A stretch of 64,000 nt of DNA from an uncultured Candidatus Saccharibacteria bacterium (lineage in GTDB: Bacteria; Patescibacteriota; Minisyncoccia; Phycocordibacterales; UBA9973): contig CAZBZO010000001.1 of NCBI GenBank assembly GCA_964496425.1, positions 205,744 to 269,743 on the forward strand, written 5' to 3'. Positions 39,504-48,897 of this stretch are shown piece by piece. Made by a program: the position numbers and the translations under genes. Positions within the stretch are counted from its first letter, which is position 1. Every line of letters starts with the position of its first letter. Below the pieces are notes generated by a model. That model was not told the origin of the DNA and did not search any database. It was given only the letters and a program-made list of their open reading frames with translations.

Positions 39504-40130
39504 ATGGCCATGGCTACGATTATTTTTGATCTTGATGATACGCTACTCAATACCGCGCGCTTAAAAAAAGATTTTTTCAATATGCTTCAGCGTGAAACAA
39601 ATCTTTCTCATGAGGAACTAAGAAGTTGTTACAAAAAGTTTTCTCGCCAAGAAACCACCTTTGGTCCTGTCGCGTTTCTAAAATATCTTTCAATACAACA
39701 CCCGATCGCGCCGTCGATCAATAGCGAGAATTTTTTCTCCAGTCTCGATTGGTCACACTATATTGATCGTGATTTGTTTCATGCACTCGAGATCCTTAAA
39801 AATGACCATGAGCTTTGGATACTGACAAAAGGCGAGTCTTCGTTTCAGCAACTCAAAATCCAAAAAACTGGCCTTAATCATTTTTTCTCCCCTGATCGGG
39901 TCATTGTTTGTGAAAATTCAAAATGTGAAGCATTAGTGCCTCATAATTTCTCCGGAGACATTATTTTTGTTAATGATAAATATCACGAAACAAGAGAAGT
40001 GATTTCACGATATAAAAATTTCCTCCCCATTATTTTTAGCGGTTTTTCGAAGCTAACACCCGCCAAAAGAGATGATAACTATCAATTTGTGCATTCTTTT
40101 GAAAAGCTATTTGAGGTATTAAAAAAATAA
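39504..40130 (+). CDS. HAD-superfamily hydrolase
   Basis: 208 aa beginning ...IIFDLDDTLLNT, which is the DxDxT motif I. Confidence 0.7.
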   Translation: MAMATIIFDLDDTLLNTARLKKDFFNMLQRETNLSHEELRSCYKKFSRQETTFGPVAFLKYLSIQHPIAPSINSENFFSSLDWSHYIDRDLFHALEILKNDHELWILTKGESSFQQLKIQKTGLNHFFSPDRVIVCENSKCEALVPHNFSGDIIFVNDKYHETREVISRYKNFLPIIFSGFSKLTPAKRDDNYQFVHSFEKLFEVLKK

Positions 40131-40144
40131 TAGGGTATGCATAA

Positions 40145-41116
40145 TTAGCATACCCTATGTCCGTTCATGTATTGTTTCAACTCTTTCTTGCCTGGTCCGT
40201 TGGTCGCTCCTCTCATTGTTACTTTTATGCCAGCAACAATAGCGGCCCAATGTACGCATTCCTGTACGCCGGAAAATGTGATGGATCCAATGTTTTCTTT
40301 TATCTCGAAAGCTTTAGAAAGAAATCCTCCATTGAACCAATCTCCTGTTCCGACAGAATAGGTCGGCAGATTTAAACGTAAGGGCTGGAAGTTTCCTACT
40401 TTGCCTTCCAGAGAAAAATATCCCCCATGTTTGTCTTCGGTAATGATGATTAATCGTACACCTAAACTGTGGATCTGTTTGAGACTCAAACGTGCCATTT
40501 GCAACTCTTTTTTGTTTACCAAAAGCATATCGGTGCAACCAAGAATAGTTTTTAATACTGCATGTTTTTTTAAAAGCATCGGCTTGGGGTTGAGTACGCG
40601 ATATCCATGTGATCCATTGAATAATGCAAGCAGAAGCTTTGTGTGTGCAGGTATTATTCCGGTTGCAATGCGCCAATCGCCTTTAAGTGTCTCTACTTCT
40701 CGGGCGGCTTTGTCGAGTATTTCACGAGAAATAATTGTAGAAGTACTACCAATTACGCGATTATTTTCACTCGTTTTATCAATCGGATATACAGCTACGT
40801 TGGCTTTCTTTAATATAGACAGCCGTTTAAAAGATAGAGAAAGTTTGCTCATTGCATGGTTAAGTAATATGTCATAATCACTTTGGGTATTTTTACCCGT
40901 AAGTCCAACAACAAGAGATGAATAACCACATTTTGCTAGTGCAGTTGCAACATTTACAGAAGAACCAGCGGGGAAAATCTCAAAATTTTTTAAAAGTAAT
41001 TTTTCACTTGGATCCGAACTGTCGAATCCAAATGTTATTTCAGCATTTGCTGAAAAACCTATAATTGGACTTGGCATAAGAGTCGATTTTAGAAGTGAAT
41101 TTTCCCCATCATACAC
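40145..41116 (-). CDS. PfkB-family carbohydrate kinase
   Basis: 323 aa with an N-terminal GG-type substrate motif region. The C-terminal ...YSVGTGDWFNGGF... is the PfkB signature 2. Confidence 0.75.
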   Translation of the reverse strand: MYDGENSLLKSTLMPSPIIGFSANAEITFGFDSSDPSEKLLLKNFEIFPAGSSVNVATALAKCGYSSLVVGLTGKNTQSDYDILLNHAMSKLSLSFKRLSILKKANVAVYPIDKTSENNRVIGSTSTIISREILDKAAREVETLKGDWRIATGIIPAHTKLLLALFNGSHGYRVLNPKPMLLKKHAVLKTILGCTDMLLVNKKELQMARLSLKQIHSLGVRLIIITEDKHGGYFSLEGKVGNFQPLRLNLPTYSVGTGDWFNGGFLSKAFEIKENIGSITFSGVQECVHWAAIVAGIKVTMRGATNGPGKKELKQYMNGHRVC

Positions 41117-41146
41117 GTTTTGTATTTAAATTCCAGTAGCTACAAA

Positions 41147-41172
41147 AAAACCGCCTCGAGGCGGTTTTTTCT
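41147..41172. terminator. Bidirectional rho-independent terminator
   Basis: AAAAAAACCGCCTCGAGGCGGTTTTTTCTTGG forms a GC stem flanked by an A-run and a T-run. It lies downstream of the NYN gene on the minus strand. Confidence 0.7.
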
Positions 41173-41195
41173 TGGAATTTATTTTTTATTTTAAT

Positions 41196-41714
41196 TTATC
41201 GTCCAAAGCTTCCCATCAAATATTTTTTTGGATTGTCGGAGAGGTCGAGGAAGTCGTCGACGGTCTCTTTGAGTTTCATTGAGGCGGATTTGCCGAAGGT
41301 GGCGGCTTCCACTTGGATACCGGAATGGATCTGGAGGTATTCGACAAGCGGTATGAAGTCCCCGTCACCGGAGAGTATCACCACTGCATCGAGCTTCGGT
41401 GCCATGGTGATCGCATCGATTGCGAGCCCGACATCCCAGTCAGCTTTTTTGGCGCCGCCAGCGAAAACTTGGAGGTCTTTGGTTTTGGTTTCAATACCCA
41501 TTTTAGTCAAGGCTTCGAAAAATGTTTTCTCATCCCCTGCTTCCGAAGTAATGACATATGCAATCGCACGGATAAGTTTGCGTCCCGCGACAGCGTCTTT
41601 CAAGATCGCGGCGAAGTTCACACGAGCTTTGTAAAGATTGCGTGCGCTATGGTAGAGATTTTGCGTGTCGATAAATACGGCAACGCGCTGTTCTTTGTGT
41701 TTAATTACACTCAT
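41196..41714 (-). CDS. NYN-domain (LabA-like) protein
   Basis: 172 aa with VAVFIDTQNLYHSA...DVGLAIDAI...VVILSGDGDFIPL, the NYN/LabA acidic motifs. Confidence 0.8.
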   Translation of the reverse strand: MSVIKHKEQRVAVFIDTQNLYHSARNLYKARVNFAAILKDAVAGRKLIRAIAYVITSEAGDEKTFFEALTKMGIETKTKDLQVFAGGAKKADWDVGLAIDAITMAPKLDAVVILSGDGDFIPLVEYLQIHSGIQVEAATFGKSASMKLKETVDDFLDLSDNPKKYLMGSFGR

Positions 41715-41834
41715 AAGTTAGTTAGTGGTTAGTAGTAAATAGTAAGTAGAAATACAAATATAGTCTAACATAAAATCCGCCCATCAAGACGATTGGCGGA
41801 TTTTATGTTTTTGATCTATTTCCGTGGTCTGTGA

Positions 41835-42098
41835 TTAGTCGAGCTTGAGTTTCTTGAGAAGCGCAGCGTGCTTAGTCTTGTCTTTGCGCTCGAGATACTT
41901 CAGATGGCTGCGACGGTCGGCTACCATTTTGAGTAGTCCGCGGCGAGAGTGGTTGTCTTTCTTGTGTTTCTTCAAGTGAGTCGCCAATTCGTCGATTTGT
42001 GCTGAAAGCATCGCTACTTGGACATCTGAAGAGCCTGTATCTTTCTCGTGAAGGCCATGTTTCTTAATAACGCTCTGTTTTTTTGTTTTCTTAAGCAT
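41835..42098 (-). CDS. rpsO: 30S ribosomal protein S15
   Basis: The internal start at 42098 gives an 88-aa protein MLKKTKKQSVIKKHGLHEKDTGSSDVQVAMLSAQIDELATHLKKHKKDNHSRRGLLKMVADRRSHLKYLERKD.... The ORF-track start at 42299 adds a 67-aa non-homologous extension. Confidence 0.85.
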   Translation of the reverse strand: MLKKTKKQSVIKKHGLHEKDTGSSDVQVAMLSAQIDELATHLKKHKKDNHSRRGLLKMVADRRSHLKYLERKDKTKHAALLKKLKLD

Positions 42099-42538
42099 AA
42101 TTTCTGATATAAAAACTCGCATTTCGGCGAGTGCTGTAATGGGGCTATCATACCATAGATAAAAAAATAAAGCAACCCGTTTACCAGGTTGCTGTAATTC
42201 CGATGTGACTGCTCTTAAATGTGATTTCGTCTCTCCTTCCGTATGTATGAAACTGAATGAATGGCTGGAAATGCCATCATTATCCCAAAATACCAACAAG
42301 TCGGTACCCAGGGAATATCAGTTAATATAGAAAGTATAAAATAGCTTCCACACGAAAATAAACCAATGAGCATCCACAAGTAATTCTCCCACAAGAGCTC
42401 GGCTCCCGGGAAAGAAAACAGTTTGTGTTCCATAGAGTGATTTTTGAACAGTAAACTCCTTTCTGCCCTCTTTGTCAAAGAAAAGATTTAAACGCCATAG
42501 TAATTATTTTCCGACATTGGGAGTATAATCATACTTGT

Positions 42539-43453
42539 ATGGCAAGCGAAATAGAAAAATATATCCGCGAATTTCTCGAATATATGGAGATCGAGCGCGG
42601 GGCGAGCCTGAAAACCGTGGCCAACTACGAGCGCTACCTGGCTCGCTTCTTTGCATTTACCAAAATCACTACACCAAAAAATATTACTGAAGATGCTGTG
42701 CGCGAATTTCGTCTTCATCTCAATCGCGCCCCTGGCGTGAAAGTCAAAGGTCAAAGCCAAGCGACGCTTAAAAAAAATACGCAAAATTATTATTTGATCG
42801 CGCTTCGGCGATATCTCAAGTACCTTATGAAGCGTGGGATTACATCGCTTCCACCCGACCGAATAGAACTTGCCAAAGTGGGCGCTCGGCATCTCGATCT
42901 TATGTCAGCAGTAGAGCTCACTCGCCTTCTCGACGCTGCGAAAGGTGATGAGCTTCGTTCTCTTCGTGACCGAGCGATTCTCGAACTTTTTTTCTCAACA
43001 GGCCTCCGTCTTTCAGAGCTCTGCTCGCTCAACCGTGATCTCGATACTAGCAAAGATGAATTCTCTATTCGTGGCAAAGGCGAAAAAGTTCGTGTCGTGT
43101 TTCTCTCCGACTCGGCTCGCGCCGCCATTAAAAAATATCTTGCTAAGCGCGCTGACGTAGAAGAGCCGCTTTTTATCCAAGGATCTAATAATAAGACTGA
43201 AGGCAGCCGCCTCACTCCCCGCTCGATCGAGCGGATCGTCAAACACTATGCCATCGTGGCCGGTATTTCCCGCAAAGTCACGCCGCATATCCTGCGTCAC
43301 TCGTTTGCTACTGATTTACTTTCTAACGGCGCTGACATTCGCTCGGTGCAAATGATGCTTGGCCATGCCAATATTGCTACTACTCAGGTATATACGCATG
43401 TCACCGACAAACAACTTCGCGAAGTGCACAAAAAATTCCACTCAAGTAAATAA
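42539..43453 (+). CDS. xerC: Tyrosine recombinase XerC/XerD
   Basis: 304 aa with an N-terminal SAM-like core-binding domain. The catalytic ...HILRHSFATDLLSNGADIRSVQMMLGHANIATTQVYTHV is present. Confidence 0.9.
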   Translation: MASEIEKYIREFLEYMEIERGASLKTVANYERYLARFFAFTKITTPKNITEDAVREFRLHLNRAPGVKVKGQSQATLKKNTQNYYLIALRRYLKYLMKRGITSLPPDRIELAKVGARHLDLMSAVELTRLLDAAKGDELRSLRDRAILELFFSTGLRLSELCSLNRDLDTSKDEFSIRGKGEKVRVVFLSDSARAAIKKYLAKRADVEEPLFIQGSNNKTEGSRLTPRSIERIVKHYAIVAGISRKVTPHILRHSFATDLLSNGADIRSVQMMLGHANIATTQVYTHVTDKQLREVHKKFHSSK

Positions 43454-43514
43454 AATTTTTGGTCTCTTAATAATCCATATGTTTTTTACTCATAATGTTT
43501 TATGATGAGCATGT

Positions 43515-44165
43515 ATGCCCAACTACGACGAACAAAAAAAATATTTCGAGAGAGCGTATGCGACAGGTACTGATATATGGACACATACTCCTTTTACTTT
43601 GAAAGGTAAAGAATTCGTGGAGCGTCTCTCCCCTAGCGCCATCATTCTCGACCTCGGTAGCGGTCGCGGGCGATTTCCGTTTGATCTCGGTAAGCTCGGA
43701 TTTAGAGTGATCGGGCTCGACTATATAAAAAGCATTGTTGAGAAAAACAATCAAGAAGTAAAAATGCTTGGTGTGGAGAAGACTGTCCGTTTTGTGGAAG
43801 GCGACGTGTTTGATATTCCTTTTTCAGACGACGGCTTTGATGCAGTGGCGGATGTGGGACTTTTGCAGCATATACAGGAGAGTGACTGGTCTCTCTATGC
43901 GAGCGAGGTGGCGCGAGTCACCAAACCGGGCGGATATTTTTTGCTCGTCGCTCTGTCTAAAGAAACAACACAATTTTTAAACTGGTCACCGAAGAAACAT
44001 GAGGAAAGTGACTTTGTACGCGATGACGTGTTTTATCATTTTTTCACTCAAGCAGAAATCAAAACTATTTTCAGTGAAAATTTTGAAATTATTTCCGAGC
44101 GGATCGACTATCTCGACTCCGGTGGTGAAGTGGCGTATGCGGTGAATGTATTAAAGAGGAAATAG
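43515..44165 (+). CDS. Class I SAM-dependent methyltransferase
   Basis: 216 aa with the motif I sequence ILDLGSGRGRFPFDL. Confidence 0.75.
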   Translation: MPNYDEQKKYFERAYATGTDIWTHTPFTLKGKEFVERLSPSAIILDLGSGRGRFPFDLGKLGFRVIGLDYIKSIVEKNNQEVKMLGVEKTVRFVEGDVFDIPFSDDGFDAVADVGLLQHIQESDWSLYASEVARVTKPGGYFLLVALSKETTQFLNWSPKKHEESDFVRDDVFYHFFTQAEIKTIFSENFEIISERIDYLDSGGEVAYAVNVLKRK

Positions 44166-44721
44166 ATTCAAGATTAAAGATGTAAGAAAAAAGCACGGTC
44201 TATAAGTTGAAATGAAAGTCTCTGATGTAAGTATAAGTGTTTTATTTTAGTATGAAAAAGTTACTATAAAAAAGAGCCCCCTGATACAAAAAGTTGTATG
44301 AGGGGTACTCCGTTGTTTGTTGCTGATATCATGATCGCTCCTTGTTGTAGTTAACTGCGTTTCGTGTCTGGGCAGTCTAGTTCGGAGTTAGATTGACTAT
44401 CAGTCTACCACTTGCGGTGGTATTTAGCTGATTTTTTAAACCAGCTTTAATTAATGCAATCCCGCAAAATTGATTCAAACCCGCCTATTGTTTTTAGCGG
44501 ATTTGCATGCTGCGTCTGTGTCAGGATGTTGAACCCTGGTGACCGGTGCCGGTTGCTTTCATTTCCTGCTTTAAAAAAGTAAAAATAACAAAAAATCTTT
44601 GCCGTGTGGCGTGGCCCGGAGGCGATTTCATCTGTTTCATAGTTAAATTTTTTCATATCATACACTTATATGTTTTTTTGTCAAGTCTGTGTACTAACTT
44701 TTCAACTGCTATACTTTCTCT

Positions 44722-45492
44722 ATGAAAATTATTAGCTGGAACGTAAACGGTATTCGCGCAGTGGAGCGCAAAGGTAGCTGGCAGACTTTTATGAAAGGTA
44801 CCAAGCCTGATATTGTGTGCTTGCAAGAAACAAAAGCTGAAGTCGGGCAGCTCTCAAAAGAGCTTGTGGAAATACCGGGCTACTATGCGTACTTTTCTTC
44901 AAGCAAAGGCCGCAAAGGCTACAGCGGCGTGGGGCTCTATACAAAAATAAAACCTGAAAAAGTCACTTTTGGTATTGATGAGCCGGGAGTCGATGATGAA
45001 GGCCGAGTGATCGTCGCGCATTACAAAGACTTCGTACTTTTGAATATCTATTTCCCAAACGGCGGCGGCGGACCAGTACGGCTCGCCTACAAGCTCAAAT
45101 TCTACGATGATTTTTTGATATATATCGACAAACTTCGCAAAAAAGGCAAGCGCGTAGTTTTTTGCGGTGACGTGAACACTGCTCATGAAACTATCGATTT
45201 GGCTCGGCCAAAAGAAAATGAAAAAAATACCGGATTTTTACCGGAAGAACGTGCCTGGCTCGACGAAGTAGTAGCGCATGGGTATGTCGATGTTTTTCGC
45301 CATTTCTACCCTACTACCACGGGAGCATATACGTACTGGGATCAGAAGAGCGCCGCTCGCGATCGCAACGTCGGCTGGCGGATAGATTACTTTTTCGTCT
45401 CGTCAGATTTTCTGCCAGAGGTAAAAAATATCAAAATCCTCACTGACTATTTTGGCAGTGACCACTGTCCCCTTTTACTTACGACAAAATAA
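44722..45492 (+). CDS. xth: Exodeoxyribonuclease III (AP endonuclease)
   Basis: 256 aa beginning MKIISWNVNGIRAV...LQETK, with SDHCP near the C-terminus. Confidence 0.9.
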   Translation: MKIISWNVNGIRAVERKGSWQTFMKGTKPDIVCLQETKAEVGQLSKELVEIPGYYAYFSSSKGRKGYSGVGLYTKIKPEKVTFGIDEPGVDDEGRVIVAHYKDFVLLNIYFPNGGGGPVRLAYKLKFYDDFLIYIDKLRKKGKRVVFCGDVNTAHETIDLARPKENEKNTGFLPEERAWLDEVVAHGYVDVFRHFYPTTTGAYTYWDQKSAARDRNVGWRIDYFFVSSDFLPEVKNIKILTDYFGSDHCPLLLTTK

Positions 45493-45542
45493 CAAAGCCG
45501 AGCCGTGAAAACACGCGGTGGATTTCTCTATAGAAATCTAGA

Positions 45543-45842
45543 TTAAAAATTTGTGTCGATACTCTCGGCATCGGTGCTATCGAGGTCCGCTCCGATAGAA
45601 TCAAGTTCGGCGTCGATGTCTGCATTCGAAGAGCTTCCCGAAGTATCACTTCCTGTACTAGAACTCATATCTTCATCAAAATCGGTGTTGATCCCATCCA
45701 CATTTACTGCATTGAGATCAGATCCTGTGCGATCGAGACTGGTGCCTATTTCTTCTGTGCCGCCAGCAAGAAGTGCAATGACGACAACAAGTACAATTAC
45801 AACGACAAATATCCAAATGAGGCCTTTTTTTTGCATATACAT
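45543..45842 (-). CDS. Small membrane-anchored acidic Ser/Asp-rich protein
   Basis: 99 aa with an N-terminal TM helix and an acidic tail. It is a paralog of the ORF at 45976-46191. Confidence 0.5.
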   Translation of the reverse strand: MYMQKKGLIWIFVVVIVLVVVIALLAGGTEEIGTSLDRTGSDLNAVNVDGINTDFDEDMSSSTGSDTSGSSSNADIDAELDSIGADLDSTDAESIDTNF

Positions 45843-45975
45843 GTATGAGACTGACCATCGGCCGGTCTCGAAGTTAATTTGCTAATCCATACCTGCTCGT
45901 ATTCTCAGTAGTTATTCTGATTCAAAATACGAGTCCAAGTCTCCTTCAGTATACACTCTCAATGGTCAATGCGAA

Positions 45976-46191
45976 TTACAAATCGGTATTGATACTTTCA
46001 ACATCCACTGACTCTAAATCTTTACCCGTCGCATCGAGCTCGGTACCGATTGCTTGAGCTGAAATACCGTTTGGATCTCCACCACCCCTATTTTCGGGAG
46101 CAATATTTTTCCCAAAAAGAAGTAGAGCTCCAATAACCATAGCTCCGATGACTATGATCCAAAAGACCCAGCTATTTGACCGTGTGTGCAT
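45976..46191 (-). CDS. Small membrane-anchored acidic protein (paralog of 45543-45842)
   Basis: 71 aa with an N-terminal TM helix. Its tail GTELDATGKDLESVDVESINTDL parallels IGTSLDRTGSDLNAVNVDGINTDF of the neighbour. Confidence 0.45.
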   Translation of the reverse strand: MHTRSNSWVFWIIVIGAMVIGALLLFGKNIAPENRGGGDPNGISAQAIGTELDATGKDLESVDVESINTDL

Positions 46192-46296
46192 ACATATAAA
46201 GACGTTTAGAATAAAAGAGTGTGATACGGGTGAGCCAAAATTCCCTTGACAAACAATGTTTTTTTGAGTATGGTTTGAATAAATAGAGTTGAGTAA

Positions 46297-46788
46297 TTGA
46301 TTAATTTTTTTTCACCCAAAAAAATCATCATGAAAAACTTTTTACCTTTCATTCTAATTTACTCAAACAACAGGCTCCTTATGAATCCTGATTCAGTGTT
46401 TGAAAAAATCCAAGTCGCATTTAATCGACTCGGCCAGATTTGGGATAATGCTCTCGCTTCATCACAAACAATCCCTCATGCGATCTGCGAAGTTCATCTT
46501 TATATGCAACAGTTTGTTGCACTAACCAGCACTGAGTATAGCAACCATGATTCGTTAACCCGAAGTCAGGTTGAAGAATTCATTCAAGCATGTGAAATAT
46601 ATGACCAGAAACTATTTTTATTGCAAATGTGGTTTCGGCAGATTGATCTACTTACTCTCTCTGAATGTATTGAATTTTATACCTTTATTCAAAGCACTAA
46701 AGAGATTGATCTTTGTCTGAAAAAGCATGTCGCAGTGCTACTCTGGTCCAAATTACGTGACCAAACACAGTATGCACTTGCAGCGTAA
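46297..46788 (+). CDS. Hypothetical protein
   Basis: 163 aa ORF. The alternative start MKNFLPF at 46330 is more likely. No motifs. Confidence 0.4.
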   Translation: MINFFSPKKIIMKNFLPFILIYSNNRLLMNPDSVFEKIQVAFNRLGQIWDNALASSQTIPHAICEVHLYMQQFVALTSTEYSNHDSLTRSQVEEFIQACEIYDQKLFLLQMWFRQIDLLTLSECIEFYTFIQSTKEIDLCLKKHVAVLLWSKLRDQTQYALAA

Positions 46789-46847
46789 TTTAAATATTTT
46801 TATATAGCCATATCTCACGCTCGGATCAAAATATTTGATCCGGCGTT

Positions 46848-48407
46848 TTATTTTACCCCATGTTTTTTATGAATCTCTTCCAGTTCAGCATTTTCTTTTT
46901 CAGCTTGGGCGCGCTTACCAGCTTGGGCAAGTAGTTTCAATGCATCAAATGGCATTTCTCCAAGCTCGAGTACTCGTTTTTCAAGATGTTGTTCATTGTT
47001 GAGATCGGGATTTTCAAGCGCCTCTTCTAAAAGTGCATTGAGTATCATACCGACGCGTGGTCCAGGTTTTTCATCCAGTATTTCCATTACTCGAGAGCCA
47101 TCTATTTTCAGCATGCCGACGGATGTTGGCGCTCGCAACGCTTCTTCAATCATTGCGTGATACTTGCGTAAGCGATATGGTGCTTCTTTTTTCTTCATGC
47201 CAGCGCGATCACATTCTCTGACTTGCATGAGCTCCCAAATGTGTTCCCTTCCAATATTTACTATTGTTCGCCGTACTGCGGAGAGCGTAATAGTTTCAGT
47301 GTCCGAGAAAAACATATGGTAACGGACAAGTTTTGTTACAAGCTCTGATATGTCCTTTGGAAACTTTAGACGTTCCATTATTTTTACTACCATACGAGCG
47401 CCGATAACTTCATGTCCGTAAAAGGTGTACTTTCCTTTGCCACCAGCTTTAGTCCCATCCCAGCGACGGGTGCGAGGTTTCCCTATGTCATGAAACAAGG
47501 CGGTAAGTTTCACATGAAACGGAAAACTCTTCTCGCTCGCATGGCCAAGGGCATGTAAGCAGTGTTCATAGACATCGTAAATATGCTCGCCTTTTTGATC
47601 GCAGCCAATACCTTCTTCCAGTTCCGGGACAATGTATTTAAGAAGTCCAAGTTTCTGCAGCATACCGATCCCAATCATAGGGTTTGGAGAATCCACAATT
47701 TTTATAAATTCATCTCGAATTCGCTCAGAAGATATATTTTTAAGCAAATGCGCATATTGTAAAATAGCCTCCATCGTTTCATGTGAAACGGTAAAATTGA
47801 GCTGACACGCAAATCTTATTGCCCGCATGAGCCGAAGAGCATCTTCTTGAAAACGTTCATCTGGGAGGCCTACTGTGCGAATAATCCCCTTTTCTAAGTC
47901 TTCTTGTCCTTTATACAGGTCAAGTAGCTGTCCTTTAGAAGGACGATAGGCGATAGCGTTTATGGTAAAGTCACGGCGCTTCAAATCGTCTTCAATTTTA
48001 GTGCTAAATGTAACTTTATCCGGATGCCGGCTGTCTGAATAGGTCCCTTCGAGACGATATGGGGTTACTTCAACTATTTGCTTTTGAGAAATATTCGATT
48101 TTAAGGATTCTGTTACATGTGAAACATCATCGGTAATAGTTACACGTGAAACAGTATCATTGGTTTCTTGCACTACAATTACTGTTCCAAACTCATTTTC
48201 ATAGACGGTTTTTTCGAATAAGGCTTGTATTTGTTCTGGGTTGGCGTTTGTTGTGACATCCCAATCTTTCGGTATTTTGCCTAAAATCATATCTCGGACG
48301 CAGCCACCTACAAGAAAAGCCTCAAAACCAGCAGTTTCGAGCGTAGATGTTACACGTGTAACAAAGTCTGGTATGAGGTTATGAGCGATAGGTTGGGTTT
48401 GTTTCAT
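46848..48407 (-). CDS. cca: CCA-adding tRNA nucleotidyltransferase with HD domain
   Basis: 519 aa. The N-terminal pol-beta NTase region FEAFLVGGCVRDMILGKIPKDWDVTT is present. An HD domain (HDIGK) is in the C-terminal half. Confidence 0.9.
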   Translation of the reverse strand: MKQTQPIAHNLIPDFVTRVTSTLETAGFEAFLVGGCVRDMILGKIPKDWDVTTNANPEQIQALFEKTVYENEFGTVIVVQETNDTVSRVTITDDVSHVTESLKSNISQKQIVEVTPYRLEGTYSDSRHPDKVTFSTKIEDDLKRRDFTINAIAYRPSKGQLLDLYKGQEDLEKGIIRTVGLPDERFQEDALRLMRAIRFACQLNFTVSHETMEAILQYAHLLKNISSERIRDEFIKIVDSPNPMIGIGMLQKLGLLKYIVPELEEGIGCDQKGEHIYDVYEHCLHALGHASEKSFPFHVKLTALFHDIGKPRTRRWDGTKAGGKGKYTFYGHEVIGARMVVKIMERLKFPKDISELVTKLVRYHMFFSDTETITLSAVRRTIVNIGREHIWELMQVRECDRAGMKKKEAPYRLRKYHAMIEEALRAPTSVGMLKIDGSRVMEILDEKPGPRVGMILNALLEEALENPDLNNEQHLEKRVLELGEMPFDALKLLAQAGKRAQAEKENAELEEIHKKHGVK

Positions 48408-48419
48408 GTTTAATCTGGG

Positions 48420-48575
48420 AGATCGCCCGCGACTCGAAGTTCGTCGTCACTCACTTTGGTCTGGGCACCGCCTCGTAATCAGATCTGCTGATCTGATATT
48501 ATTCCGGCGTTCGATTCTCCACATCAGCCGATCAGTCGGCTGATTCTACCCGCGCTGCGTTCGCTTTGCGAACTT
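48420..48575 (+). ncRNA. Unclassified structured-RNA-like element, copy A (homolog of 48898-49040)
   Basis: About 70-75% identity to copy B when read in the same sense. Two hairpins are preserved by compensatory changes (48478-48485/48490-48497 and 48523-48531/48536-48544). A conserved GGGCACCGCCTC and a CG-TTCGATTC motif are shared. The 3' tail CTACCCGC can pair with the antisense 3' end of tRNA-Gly. Confidence 0.35.
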
Positions 48576-48579
48576 GTTG

Positions 48580-48650
48580 TGCGGGTAGGGAGAATCGAAC
48601 TCCCGTCTCATCCTTGGCAAGGACGTGTTCTACCACTAAACCATACCCGC
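48580..48650 (-). tRNA. tRNA-Gly (anticodon GCC)
   Basis: The minus-strand sequence GCGGGTATGGTTTAGTGGTAGAACACGTCCTTGCCAAGGATGAGACGGGAGTTCGATTCTCCCTACCCGCA has a perfect 7-bp acceptor stem. The anticodon loop is TTGCCAA and the T-arm is GGGAG-TTCGATT-CTCCC. Confidence 0.9.
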
Positions 48651-48790
48651 AACATTATTTTTTAATATTAAAACGTGCTTATTATATTATTTCTAAGGCC
48701 AAATAGCAATTTCCAAACGAGTCTTATCCTACAAGGATATTATATGATTTTCAAATTTTAGTGTATAATTTTAAACGTTTTATAAAGTTT

Positions 48791-48862
48791 GCGCCCGTAG
48801 TTCAACGGATAGAACACTAGTCTTCGGAACTAGTGATGTGGGTTCGATTCCTGCCGGGCGCA
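48791..48862 (+). tRNA. tRNA-Arg (anticodon TCG)
   Basis: The sequence GCGCCCGTAGTTCAACGGATAGAACACTAGTCTTCGGAACTAGTGATGTGGGTTCGATTCCTGCCGGGCGCA has the acceptor GCGCCCG/CGGGCGC. The anticodon stem-loop is CTAGT-CTTCGGA-ACTAG. An extended -10 TGTATAAT lies about 25 nt upstream. Confidence 0.9.
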
Positions 48863-48897
48863 CAAACAAAAAAAGACCTGCAAGGGTTTTTTTTGTT

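Noticed and set aside
42098-42299. N-terminal 67-aa extension of the rpsO ORF in the ORF track
   Set aside because: Homology to S15 begins at the internal Met at 42098. The extension is not conserved and would be atypical.
42215-42892. Minus-strand ORFs 42215-42478 and 42488-42892
   Set aside because: The second overlaps the well-supported xerC gene on the opposite strand. The first lies in the rpsO upstream region. No motifs are present, so they are likely spurious.
44447-44665. 72-aa minus-strand ORF in the 44.2-44.7 kb gap
   Set aside because: It is low-complexity, has no RBS context, and lies in a hairpin-rich non-coding region.
48503-48520. T-loop-like GTTCGATTC motifs at 48509-48517 (plus) and 48941-48949 (minus) as extra tRNA genes
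   Set aside because: No acceptor, D or anticodon arms can be formed. The motifs are embedded in the paired structured-RNA-like elements instead.
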